DNA of 63,744 bases, the filler included, from Octopus bimaculoides (lineage: Eukaryota): assembly GCF_001194135.2 (NCBI RefSeq). It is 10 parts of 9 records of this genome, joined end to end, with 100 filler letters (N's around TTAATTAATTAA, not from the genome) between each part and the next. Parts side by side here need not be neighbours in the genome. Positions count along the whole stretch, not along the records: positions 41,299 to 42,494 come from NW_026372260.1; positions 42,595 to 44,962 come from NW_026310998.1; positions 45,063 to 46,270 come from NW_026320349.1; positions 46,371 to 59,814 come from NC_068994.1; 6 more parts are not named here. The stretch is one strand, 5' to 3'. Of this stretch, positions 42,170-53,480 are shown piece by piece. The notes beneath the pieces are model-generated. The model was not told where the DNA came from. It saw only the letters and a program-made list of their open reading frames with translations, and searched no databases. Position 1 is the stretch's first letter. Each line of letters begins with the position of its first letter. The position numbers and the translations under genes are program-made.

Positions 42170-42494
42170 AACATGGCTCACTCGAGTAGTGAGTTATTGT
42201 TTATGGAGACATATCCAGGTGTAGGAGATTTATCTGGGATTTTTTGAAGGGATTTGTTCAAAGACTTCTCGAACTTTATGGGGTTTGTTTCTGCTTTAAT
42301 GTGTTTTGGTGTAATGTGAAAGAAGACGGGATCAGTTGAGGTGAAATAATTATGCCGTATTGTTGCTATGTGATGCGAGTGTGATTTATGTCGTGGGCGG
42401 AAAGCACGGGGCCCAAGTCTTGGGTGTATCTTAAAGGTGATGCTAACATCATTTGGGCAATGCTGATGGAATATTTTCCACATCATGCAGATGA
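42170..42494 (-). mobile_element. CR1/L2-like LINE 3' ORF2 fragment
   Basis: HPRLGPR...PVFFHITPKHIK...FEKSLNKSLQKIPDKSPTPGY..NNNSLLE resembles CR1-type ORF2 terminus. Confidence 0.65.
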
Positions 42495-42594
42495 NNNNNN
42501 NNNNNNNNNNNNNNNNNNNNNNNNNNNNNNNNNNNNNNTTAATTAATTAANNNNNNNNNNNNNNNNNNNNNNNNNNNNNNNNNNNNNNNNNNNN

Positions 42595-44962
42595 CGAACG
42601 AAGTTACGTAAGTACGAACGAACGAACGATCGATCGAACGAACGATCGATCGAACGAATGTAATTACGTACGTATGTACAAATGAACGAACGTACGTAAG
42701 TACGAACGAACGAACGATCGTACGAACGGTGGAAGGAACGAACGAACGTACGTACGAACTAACGAACGAACATACGCACGTAGGAACGAGCGAACGAATG
42801 ACCGCAAGATCAAACGAACTTAATTACGTACGTACGAACGAAAGAATGGACGAACGAACGTACGTACGAATGATCAATCGAACGAAAGAACGAACTAACG
42901 AACGGACGTACGTACAAACGATCGTACGGAAGAACGAACGATCAATCGAACGTAATTACGTATCTACGTACGAACGAACGTACGATGGAAGGAAAGAACA
43001 TACGTACTTACGTACGAACGAACGTACGTATGAACGAACGAACGTTCAAACGATCGAACAAACGAACGTAGGAATGAACGTACGTACTTACGAACAAACA
43101 AACGAACAAAAGAACGTACTTACGTAGGTATGTACGTATGTACGAACGAACGAAGTTACGTAAGTACGAACGAACGAACGATCGAACGAACGTATTACGT
43201 ACGTATGTGCGAATGAACGAACGTACGTAAGTACGAACGAACGATCGTACGAACGGTGGAAGGAACGAACGAACGTACGTACGAACTAACGAACGAAGGA
43301 ACGAACGATCTAATGAAACAACGAACATACGCACGTACGTACGTAGGAAGGAGTGAACGAATGACCGCAAGATCAAACGAACTTAATTACGTACCTACGA
43401 ACGAAAGAATGGATGAAGGAACGTACGTACGAACAAACGAATGATGGAAGGAAGGAACGTACGTACTTACGTACGAATGAACGTACGTACGAGTGATCGA
43501 ACGAACGAACGTACGTACGTACAATCGATCGAACGAACGAAAGAACGAACTAACAAATGAACGTACGTACTTACGAACGATCGATCGAAGGAAGGAACGT
43601 ACGAACGAACGAACGTACGTACGAACGAACGAACGTACGTACGAATGATCAATCGAACGAAAGAACGAACTAACGAACGGACGTACGTACAAACGATCGA
43701 ACGAACGAATGATCGTACGGAAGAACCAACGATCAATCGAACGTAATTACGTACCTACGTACGAACGAACGTACGATGGAAGGAAAGAACATACGTACTT
43801 ACGTACGAACGAACGTACGTATGAACGAACGAACGTTCAAATGAAAGAACGAACATACGCACGTACGTACGTAGGAATGAGCGAACGAATGACCGCAAGA
43901 TCAAACGAACTTAATTACGTACGTACGAACGAAAGAATGGATGAACGAACGTACGTACGAACAAACGAATGATCGAAGGAAGGAACGTACGTACTTACGT
44001 ACGAGTGATCGAACGAACGAACAAACGATGGAACGAACGTACGAACGTACAATCGATCGAACGAACTAACAAATGAACGTACGTACTTAAGAACGATCGA
44101 TCGAAGGAAGGAACGTACGTACTTACGCACGAACGAACGTACGAATGATCAATCGAACGAAAGAACGAACTAACGAACGGACGTACGTACAAACGATCGA
44201 ACGTATGAACGAACGAACGTTCAAACGATCGAACAAACGAACGAAGGAATGAACGTACGTACTTACGAACGAATAAACGAACAAAAGAACGAACGTACGT
44301 ACTTACGTAGGTATGTACGTATGTACGAACGAACGAAGTTACCTACGTACGAGCCAACGAACGATCGAACGAACGTAATTACGTACGTATGTACGAACGA
44401 ACGTACGTACGAACTAACGAACGAACATACGCACGTACGTACGTAGGAACGAGCGAACGAATGACCGCAAGATCAAACGAACATAATTACGTACGTACGA
44501 ACGAAAGAATGGATGAACGAAGGTACGTACTTACGAACGATCGATCGAAGGAAGGAACGTACGAAGGAACGTACGTACCAATGATCAATGGAACGAAAGA
44601 ACGAACTAACGAACGGACGTACGTACAAACGATCGAACGGAAGAACGAACGATCGATCGAACGTAATTACGTACCTACGTACGAACGAACGAACAATGGA
44701 AGGAAAGAACATACGTACTTACGTACGAACGAACGTACGTACGTATGAAGAAACGAACGAACGTGCGTACGAATAATCAAACGATCGATCGAACAAACGT
44801 ACATCCTTACGTATGTACGAACGAACGTAATTACGTACTACATACGAATGAACGAACGTACGTACGAACGATCAAAGGAACGAACGTACGTATGTACGTA
44901 CGTACACAGGTATGTACGTACGTATGAATCAACGAACAAACGAATGAAAGTACGAACGAACA
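42595..44962. repeat. Complex CpG-dense (ACGA/ACGT/TCGA)n satellite with higher-order modules
   Basis: Fills a whole contig; landmark GACCGCAAGATC at 42800, 43363, 43891, 44463. Confidence 0.95.
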
Positions 44963-45234
44963 NNNNNNNNNNNNNNNNNNNNNNNNNNNNNNNNNNNNNN
45001 NNNNNNTTAATTAATTAANNNNNNNNNNNNNNNNNNNNNNNNNNNNNNNNNNNNNNNNNNNNGTGTGTGTGTGCTTGCGTGCGTGCGTAGTCTCCTATCA
45101 AGAAAGTGTTTGCTTTTTATATTTTGATAACGTAATGCGTTGTTGTAACGGTCTTATAAAACATTTCAGATAAGAAACCAAAACAGCGCAAAAGAAAGTA
45201 ACACATTTCTGTAATACCTCTCTAAATTCTAGAC

Positions 45235-45503
45235 CAGGGGTTTTCAAACTTTTTGACTTGCGGACCCCTTTATATTTCAGGCTTTACCTTAGGTAAACGC
45301 TTATGAAATTTATATATAAATATTTGCTTAAAATAACATATATTTTTACATTTATTTATTTAACAGTATTTAACAAATAGGTTTATTGTCAATTAAAAGA
45401 TTTCGATTAAAAAACATATATAAAATCAAATTGCCCATAAAAAGTATTTGCTGTCCACGGACCCCCTGTCTTGTCCTTGCGGACCACAGTTTGAAAACCC
45501 CTG
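45235..45503. mobile_element. hAT (Charlie-type) MITE, 269 bp
   Basis: Perfect 16-bp TIR CAGGGGTTTTCAAACT; perfect 8-bp TSD TTCTAGAC (45227-45234, 45504-45511) matching the NTCTAGAN target. Confidence 0.93.
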
Positions 45504-46370
45504 TTCTAGACGATCTAATTGATTACTAGTGTTCATGGATTCAAGTGTTAGGAGGGCAACACACAACGGATAGTTTAGTTTACACAGAGTTTCTAAATCT
45601 GAAGTCAATAACTTTGTCCTTTTGTCTTCTGTCCTTCCATTTTTGTTCAACAATAAATCACAAGTATGAAATATGTTCTATATATTTGTTTATAAGAAAT
45701 GGAACGAACATTATTAAATTCAATAAGGTATCCAACTAGATGTAGAAAGTTTATATATTTTATTCACACAATAGAAATTTGGTCCCTGCCTATTCCACGA
45801 CTGTTATGGAGAAAAAAGTGGGTTAGCAGTCGAACATAAAAAAGCAACATTAAAACAGTGAAATTTGAAAAAAGAATTCAGCGAAGGTGAAAGAAATGGA
45901 GATTTGTAGCTGTTTCGATGCATTATTGTCGAAATTGCCATTAAAATATAATTATCTGCCTTCCTTCTTGTGCCCATATGGAAAAAAAGGAATCAGCACG
46001 AAGTAAATAATGGAATAGATATACCAGAAAAATGTCATACTGACATAATATGCCTTGGAGCAGTGAATGAGAAAAGAAATCAAAATTGAGATACTTAGGT
46101 GTTAGCAAAGGTTACACAAAGAGAGAATAATGCTAAATTTCTCAGAAATCATGCTCCATTAGTAATGCTCAGGGAAATAGAACTCGGTTTACAACGCTTG
46201 AAGAAGAAAATAATCCCTAGGTTCGATTACTTAAAAGTCTGAGAGTACAAATACACATGTTACATAAAAANNNNNNNNNNNNNNNNNNNNNNNNNNNNNN
46301 NNNNNNNNNNNNNNTTAATTAATTAANNNNNNNNNNNNNNNNNNNNNNNNNNNNNNNNNNNNNNNNNNNN

Positions 46371-46407
<37 letters not shown>

Positions 46408-46444
46408 GTATATGTATGTGTATATATATATATATATGTGTGTA

Positions 46445-46478
<34 letters not shown>

Positions 46479-46487
46479 CATATATAA

Positions 46488-46679
46488 AATGAGTAGTACC
46501 TGTATTTCAAAGGGCCGGCCTTGTCACGCTATGTGTCATGCTGAGTCTCCCTGAGAACTACGTTAAGGGTACACGTGTCTGTGGATTACTCAGCCACTTG
46601 CACATTAATTTCATGAGCAGGCTGTTCCATTCATCGTATCAGTTGGGACCCTCGTTATTGTAACCAACGGAGTGCTCCT
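46488..46679 (+). mobile_element. SINE family C' 3' half
   Basis: Near-identical to 16310-16500. Confidence 0.85.
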
Positions 46680-47391
46680 TATATATATATATATATNNNN
46701 NNNNNNNNNNNNNNNNNNNNNNNNNNNNNNNNNNNNNNNNNNNNNNNNNNNNNNNNNNNNNNNNNNNNNNNNNNNNNNNNNNNNNNNNNNNNNNNNNNNN
46801 NNNNNNNNNNNNAAAGTCTTTCATGAACCATAGGCCTGTTTCCAGGATTCTGTGGGGCATATATCTCTCCACTGGATGGATTGCTGTCATAGTAATACTC
46901 ATTTTTTTCCAGCTGGGTGGCTAAAGCAATGTGAAATAAAGGCGTTTTGTACAAGAACACAATGCATCCCCCATTCCAGGAATCGAAACCATGAAATAAC
47001 AATCATGTGTCCAACACCCTAAATACTAAATCACACACCTTCACACACAGAAGCAGACAAACAGATAGATAGATAGATATGCACACATATGACGGGATTC
47101 TTTCAGTTTCCCTCTATCAAATCCACCTGCAAGACTTTAGTCATCCCAGGGATATAGTAAAAAGCTACCACACAATGAGACTGAACTTAAAACCTTGTGG
47201 TTTGGAAGTAAACTTCTTTACCACATGGCCATGTGGTTAAGAAATTTACTTCCCAACTCACCAAAGACATAATGTGAATTATGTCTTTGGTGAGTTAAGA
47301 TGAGATTCCTGAATGACAATGTAACCTTTATATATTTAAGGTATTTTCGGTCTGATGAATAGCTAGCTGAGTACCCCTCATTAAGTAATTA

Positions 47392-47412
47392 TTACTTCAG
47401 AGGATCTGCTAT
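47392..47412 (-). CDS. Candidate terminal micro-exon IADPLK*
   Basis: Acceptor ATATGTTTCTTAG| followed in phase 0 by ATA GCA GAT CCT CTG AAG TAA; nearest compatible acceptor noticed, 394 nt below the exon D donor; could be chance. Confidence 0.3.
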   Translation of the reverse strand: MADPLK

Positions 47413-47489
47413 CTAAGAAACATATATAACCTGGATTTTACCTGCTTTACTCCCTCAATTTGGATGTGTGTGCGTGTGTGTGTGCGTGT

Positions 47490-47730
47490 GCGTGCGTGTG
47501 AGCGTGCGCATGCAATAAGAAGTTTCCCAGCACCTTGGGCAACAGTCTTCTACTATAGCCTTGGGCTGATCAAAGTCTTCTGAATAGATTCAGTAGGTGA
47601 AAACTGAAAGAAGCCTATCATGTGTGTGTGTGTGTGTGTTTGTCCCCCACAACTGCTTGACAGCCAATGTTGGTGTATTTATGTCCCTGTAATTTAGCAG
47701 TTCAGCAAAAAGAGAAAAAGAGACCAACAG
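47490..47730 (+). mobile_element. SINE family A, partial
   Basis: GCACCTTGGGCAA...GAAAACTGAAAGAAGCC...TAATTTAGCAGTTCAGCAAAA. Confidence 0.7.
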
Positions 47731-47770
47731 CATATCAAGTGACCACACAGAGAGGCTCTTCCTTCAGCCC

Positions 47771-47805
<35 letters not shown>

Positions 47806-47806
47806 C

Positions 47807-47970
47807 CTTCATTGCAGACAACAATGCCCGTGCCAAGTGAATTTTATATTGGATCTGGGAGATATTCATTCGCAGCTGTTCCACGTTACTAATAACTGAC
47901 TGGTGTAAGTCTTTGGGAAGTTCCTGCAAGGTTTTGTTCATAATAGCAAAATTTTCCTTGCTTTTAGCAA
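47807..47970 (-). CDS. Exon D, resembling C-terminal end of laminin-alpha coiled coil (domain II): (V)AKSKENFAIMNKTLQELPKDLHQSVISNVEQLRMNISQIQYKIHLARALLSAMK
   Basis: Strong poly-T acceptor TTTTCTTTTGCAG|, donor AAG|GTACTA; 164 nt, phase 1 in / phase 0 out. Pattern LxxNISxIxxKIxxARxxxxxMK matches the recalled laminin-alpha domain II terminus (NISEIKELIxQARKQAxSIKV type). Exon is well supported; family call is by eye. Confidence 0.7.
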
Positions 47971-48038
47971 CTGCAAAAGAAAAAAAAAAAAAAAAGAAAA
48001 AAAAAAAAAGAAATTACACATATATATTTATAATAGGT

Positions 48039-48312
48039 GCAGGCGTGGCTGTTGTGATAAGAAGCTTGCTTACCAACTACATAATTCGGGGTTCAGTCCC
48101 AATGTGGAACCTTGTCTTCTACTATATTCTTGGGCTGATCAAAGCCTTATGAATGGATAGTAGATAGAAACTGAAAGAAACCTGTTGTATATGATGTTGT
48201 ATGTGTGTGTGTGTATTTGTGTCTGTGTTTGTCCCTCACTACCAATTGACAACTGGTGTTGGTGTGTTCACATCCCTGTAACTTAGCAGTTTGGCAAAAG
48301 AAACTGATAAGC
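48039..48312 (+). mobile_element. SINE family A
   Basis: Homologous to 50077 copy. Confidence 0.8.
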
Positions 48313-48391
48313 TCAAAGAGTCCTTTCAAACTATCTAACCCATCCAGTATAGAAAACAAAAATTAATGATGATGATATGTATGTAAGTGTT

Positions 48392-48422
<31 letters not shown>

Positions 48423-48519
48423 CTTTGTATGGGTGTGCATATGTGTGTGTATATATACGTATATATGTGTGTGTGTTTATATGTATATATATATTTTTAT
48501 ATGTATATGTGTGTGTGTG

Positions 48520-48563
<44 letters not shown>

Positions 48564-49016
48564 TATATATATAGTCAACAGATGAAATCCGAAGATTCTT
48601 GGTATAGAAAATGCTTAGTAGTGTTCATATGATCCAAACATAGACTCTGATATTTTTATGAGAAACTAACTCCATGGGGTAAAGAGTGGTTATAAGAGGA
48701 ATCTGTTATATCAGTCTCTCACTTTCTCTCCTTCTCTCTCTCGTCTTGTAGCATTGCAACCTCCAACGGTTTTTTTAAATAAGATACGTAGCAATCTTCT
48801 CTACCCACAGTTATCACATTCGGTTAAAATGTCTTACGGTTAAGTTGGATCCTATGTATTTCCCTGAAGAGAAGATTACATCTTTATCAACATCACTTAT
48901 TCCTTTGGAAGAAACCATTTGTAATCTTTGAAACATATGTTGGAAATAAAAGAATTCATTTAACATATGCGTATTACTCTATTTATTAAATTTATATATA
49001 TATATATATATATCTA

Positions 49017-49174
49017 GGAGTGGCTGTGGCAAGTAGCTTGCTTACCAACCACATGGTTCTGGGTTCAATCCTACTGCGTGGCACCTTGGGCAAGAGTCTT
49101 TTACTATAGCGTCGGGTAGACCAAAGCCTTGTGAGTGCATTTGGTAGACAGAAACTGGAAGAAGGCCATCGTAT

Positions 49175-49206
<32 letters not shown>

Positions 49207-49270
49207 CTGTGTTTGTTCCCTCACCATTGCTTGACAACCGATGCTGGTGTGTTTACTTCCCCATAACTTA
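49017..49270 (+). mobile_element. SINE family A
   Basis: Homologous to 50077 copy. Confidence 0.8.
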
Positions 49271-49324
49271 TGTCATCCCTGAAATTTTTGGCCTTGTACC
49301 AAAATTTGAAATCATCATTATTTT

Positions 49325-49690
49325 CAAGGCAGTCAGCTGGCTGAATTGTTAGCACACCAGACAAAATGCTTAGTAGCATTTCATCATTATGTTCTGAGTT
49401 CAAATTCCCCTGAGGTTGATTTTGCCTTTCATACTTTTGGGGTTGATGAAATAAGTACCGGCTGAGCACTGTAATTGATGTAATCAACCTATTCCACCCC
49501 ACTGAAATTGCCAGCCTTGTTCCAAAATTTGAAACCATTATTATGGTTTCTATCAGTTCATCTATGTATTTGGTTCTGTTGGACAGGAATTCAAGAATAT
49601 GGTTTTGCAGAAGAGGCTGCGAGCTGGCAGAATCATTAGCACACTGGATGAAATGCTACATTCTGAGTTCCACCGAGGTTGACTTGGCTA
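49325..49690 (+). mobile_element. Two family B SINEs (49325-49543, 49614-49690) flanking an exon-derived fragment
   Basis: GAGCTGGCAGAATC..TTAGCAC heads. Confidence 0.75.
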
Positions 49691-50076
49691 CTACTACTAC
49701 TAGTAGTAGTAGTAGTAGTAGTAGGAGGAGGAGGAGGAGGCAGTAAAATGACAATAAAACAGCCCCAGATTAAATATTTCAAAACATGTAATTTCATCCA
49801 TCAGCATGCTGAGTTCAATTCTTGCTGTTTCTTCGGCTTTAAATTCCCTCAGGGCAGATTATTATGAGATAGTTGTTATCTACATGGATTGATTTAAACT
49901 GGTTCCCATTTACTAACAAAATTGTGACCGTGTTCTGATGTTAAAAAACAAACATTAAAAATAGCAAAATGAAGAACTGATGTGATAAAAGTATAACATG
50001 AAGAATGGTATAATTTTTTTTTTCCAGTTTTGAAACATGTTTTTAGTTTAAAAAAAAAGATTGTAGATACAGGTGC

Positions 50077-50440
50077 AGGCATAGCAGTGTGGTAAGAAGC
50101 TTGCTTCCTAACTATACAGTTCCGGGTTCAGTCCCACTGCATGACACCTTGGGCAAGTGTCTTCTACAGTAGCCTCAGGCTGACCAAAGCCTTGTGAGTG
50201 GATTTCGTAGACGGAAAGTAAAAGAAGTCCATCATGTGTGTGTGTTTGTTCCTCCATCATTGTTTGACAACCGGTGTTAGCGTGTTTATATCCCTGTAAC
50301 TTAGCAGCTCAGCAAAAGAGACCAATAGAATAAGCACTAGGCTTAAAATTACAAGTTCTGGGGTCAATTTGTTTGACTGAAACCCTTAAAGGTGGTGCCC
50401 CAGCATGGCCGCAGTCAAATGACTGAAACAAGTAAACAAA
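50077..50440 (+). mobile_element. tRNA-derived SINE family A, full length
   Basis: GGCATAGCAGTGTGGTAAGAAGC...GGGTTCAGTCCC head to CAGCATGGCCGCAGTCAAATGACTGAAACAAG tail. Confidence 0.88.
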
Positions 50441-50714
50441 ATGAAAAAAAATAAAAATAAAGAATAAATGTATTTTGAAAATATTGAAAAAATGATGGTG
50501 TGCATATTTATTGTTAATCACATTCAGGTACACTTGAATGTAATTATGCTAACCTTTATTGTATTCCACCTTTTCCCTTTATACAATGTTTATTGATAAC
50601 ACACTCAATACAGTGATGTAAAGAGATACAGAGACATCAGTGTTTTGACAGACAATGGCATCAACACACATCATCTTTAGATGTTTTCTGAAGGTAAAAT
50701 ACAACAGCAATTAG

Positions 50715-50923
50715 CATATTGATTTCAAATTTTGGCAGAAGGCCAGCAAGTTCAGGAAGGGGCTAAGTCGATTGCATTGACCCCAGTGTACAGTGGGAAC
50801 TTATTTGCCTTTCATCCTCAAAAGGATGAAAGGCAAAGTTAACCTTAGCAGAATTTGAGCTCAGAACATGGAGATAGATGAATTGCTGCTAAGCATTTTG
50901 CCCAGCAGGCCAACAGTTCTGCC
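50715..50923 (-). mobile_element. SINE family B abutting the piggyBac MITE
   Basis: GGATGAAAGGCAAAGTTAACC..GAATTTGAGCTCAGAAC. Confidence 0.75.
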
Positions 50924-50927
50924 TTAA

Positions 50928-51149
50928 CCCTTTCGTTATCAACCCGGCTGAAACCGGCTCTGGCACTGTAGTACAAATGTCTTGTTTTTGTAAGTTTTGA
51001 ATTAAAATCTTCCACCAAACCTTAGTCACAATTTATGTTCCTAACACTAGCTGAATGATAACTAAGTTATTTTACTAAATTCTTTGTTAAATTTTAAATT
51101 AATTGAAAGAAACACAGAGCATCTCAAAATAAATACAGTAACGAAAGGG
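50928..51149. mobile_element. piggyBac-type MITE, 222 bp
   Basis: TTAA on both sides (50924-27, 51150-53); 11-bp perfect TIR CCCTTTCGTTA. Confidence 0.88.
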
Positions 51150-51373
51150 TTAACAGCAGTTAGTATATTAATGATTGAATCTGCTGAAATGTGTTAAAAA
51201 TGCATATGCATGCCATCATTTTGATTCTCACCGTATATCATGCTCACGACAATTTTAATATTCAATTGGAGAAAATGTGTAGCATGAAAAATAAAACTGG
51301 GGAAATTTGTCACAAATTATGAAAAATATTTGGAAGTGATTAGTTCAAAAATATTAAAAAAATAGTCAATTAC

Positions 51374-53065
51374 CATCGATTTCAATCTGCTTATTTAATT
51401 TTGTGACAAATTTTATGACAGCATCTTCATCTTCTGCTGTATCTGACTGCAATCTTGCACGTGTTCTATCCCTTCTACGTGGATTTCTTCTTCTCTTCTT
51501 TCTCATCCGCCTTCTCCGCCTGGCATCTCTCTTTCTATTTAAAGATCTCCTGTCTTTGTGAATGCTTTGCAAATCTCTTCTATACCTTTGTAGCTTTTTA
51601 ATTTTCAATTTTAATTTACTCTTTCTTGACTCTTGATCTTCTTTTGTAAATATTCTAGAATGTTTCTGATTCTTTATATTTACTATGTTACCAACATTCT
51701 TGCTATTCTTCTTTTCAAAATCTTCGATTTCCTTGCCTCCTCCTTTTTCTTGTAGCTTTTCATAATATCCATCTTTTCTCTCAGCCACATTTTGCTCATT
51801 TTGAAATTCACTTTCTTCATTTCTATTTAAATCTTCACTTTCACCTTCCTTCAACAATTCTTGAGACTCTATCAAATTCTCCCACAAATCTAACCAATTT
51901 TCTTTCTTGGTGTTTGAACTGCCACCCTTTTCCTTACTTTCTGTCTTGTTCATGTTTTTCCTTCTCGTGTTTTTCCTTTTCTTGCTTTTAGTATCTTTAC
52001 CTTCATTTTTTTCATTACCATTCTTCTTCTTATTGCTCCTATCATCTTTTTTAAGTACCAAAACTTTTTCCCTGTCATTATTTTCATCTTTTGTTGTTTT
52101 TCCTTCAAGTTCAGCTTTATTGGATTTTTTTCTACTTGTTTCTTCACTTATCAATTTTAGGCTTTTGTTCTTTATGACCAGATCTTCAAAGTTCACCAAA
52201 TCTTCCCAAACATCCAACCAATTTTCTTCCTTGCTATCCTTACTACCACCAATCTTATCATTTTCCTTTTCATCTTTTTTATGTTGTTTCTTTCTTTTTA
52301 CCTTTTCATTCTTTACCTCCACCTCCACTTTTTTCTTTACATCACTTTTCCCTTTACTTTCTTTCTTCATTTTCTTCCCTTTTCTATTCTCTCCTTCAAT
52401 CTCATTTTCCTTCTCTCTTACATCACTTTTACCTCTCTTTCTATCTCGTCTATTTCCAATCATTGAATACCCGTTTCTGCCAGAATGTTTATCAGTTTTC
52501 TTCCTGTTTCCTTTACTACCTAAATTCTTCCCATCTCCAAGGCTCACATCACTTTCCGATTCTGTTTTAGTGTTATCTCTTTCCTTCTTTCTCTTTTTAT
52601 TTCTGATGGGAGACACCACATCTACACCACCATCACCATCCACATCCTCATCCTCTTCAGTTGTGTTTTCTTTTGATTTGCGCTTTCCACCTGATGCCCC
52701 AGATCTGTCTCGCTGTTTATCTTTTTTCTTTCCCTTTGATTTCTTCTCTGCTGTCTTCTTTTTCCCAGTCTTATTCTTCACCTTTTTGTCTTTTACTATC
52801 TCCTTCTCTTTTTCTTTCTTCCTCTCTTCCAGGAGCTTTTTTAAATTGTCCTCATCTGCAAGAACTTTCTCTGCCAAATTATTCAAGGCCTCAATTTTAT
52901 TTAGAATAAGTTCAAGCTCAGCAGTGGTTTCTTTCAGTTCAGCTACGTATTTGGTTCTGTTGGACAGGAATTCCAAAATATGGTATTGGATAAAAGTAGT
53001 ACTATTGGCTAACTTTTCAGTTCTGGATAGTTCTGAGGATACTTGAGCCAACTTAGGTTTCAAAT
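51374..53065 (-). CDS. Giant internal exon C (1,692 nt, 564 codons): coiled-coil flanks around a Lys/Arg/Glu/Asp-rich low-complexity insert
   Basis: Corresponds to ORF 51366..53063. Acceptor TTTTATTTCTAG| at 53067-53066; donor GATG|GTAATT at 51373, just before the ORF stop; phase 1-1, length divisible by 3. Confidence 0.85.
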
Positions 53066-53192
53066 CTAGAAATAAAAAATTTTTTTTAAATTAATACAAG
53101 ACATTTTAAATTACTTTTGTTGTTATTGTTAGTATACAATTAAAATTAATTATGTGATTCTGGTGGGAATATATAGGATAAAGCAATCCCAC

Positions 53193-53480
53193 ACCCCAGG
53201 TCATGAATAACCATGGGATTGAACCTAGAAAGTTCCCCTCTGAGGCAGAAGTCTGAGCAAGCTTGTTTGTGGAAGACTAGCAGTCGCCTATGTATACCAG
53301 CCTCCCCTCTCCATGCCACCAATTTTGTCCAAGGGAAAAACAAAGGCTGATACAGCTTGGCACCAGTGACATCACAATTCATTTCTACAGCGGAGTGAAC
53401 CGGAGCAACAAGAAATAAAGTGTTTTGCTCAAGAAGACTGGGAATTGAACTCACAACCTTGTGATTATAAGCCTAATACT
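53193..53480 (-). mobile_element. SINE family D, antisense copy
   Basis: Reverse complement matches 20045-20373 body and tail. Confidence 0.75.

Noticed and set aside
42729-44927. RTNE/YVRT-rich ORFs
   Set aside because: Translations of the ACGA/ACGT satellite
42595-44962. CRISPR-like array
   Set aside because: Eukaryotic context, no fixed repeat with unique spacers, no cas genes
51907-53046. 379-aa F/L/S-rich plus-strand ORF
   Set aside because: Antisense shadow of the purine-rich giant exon
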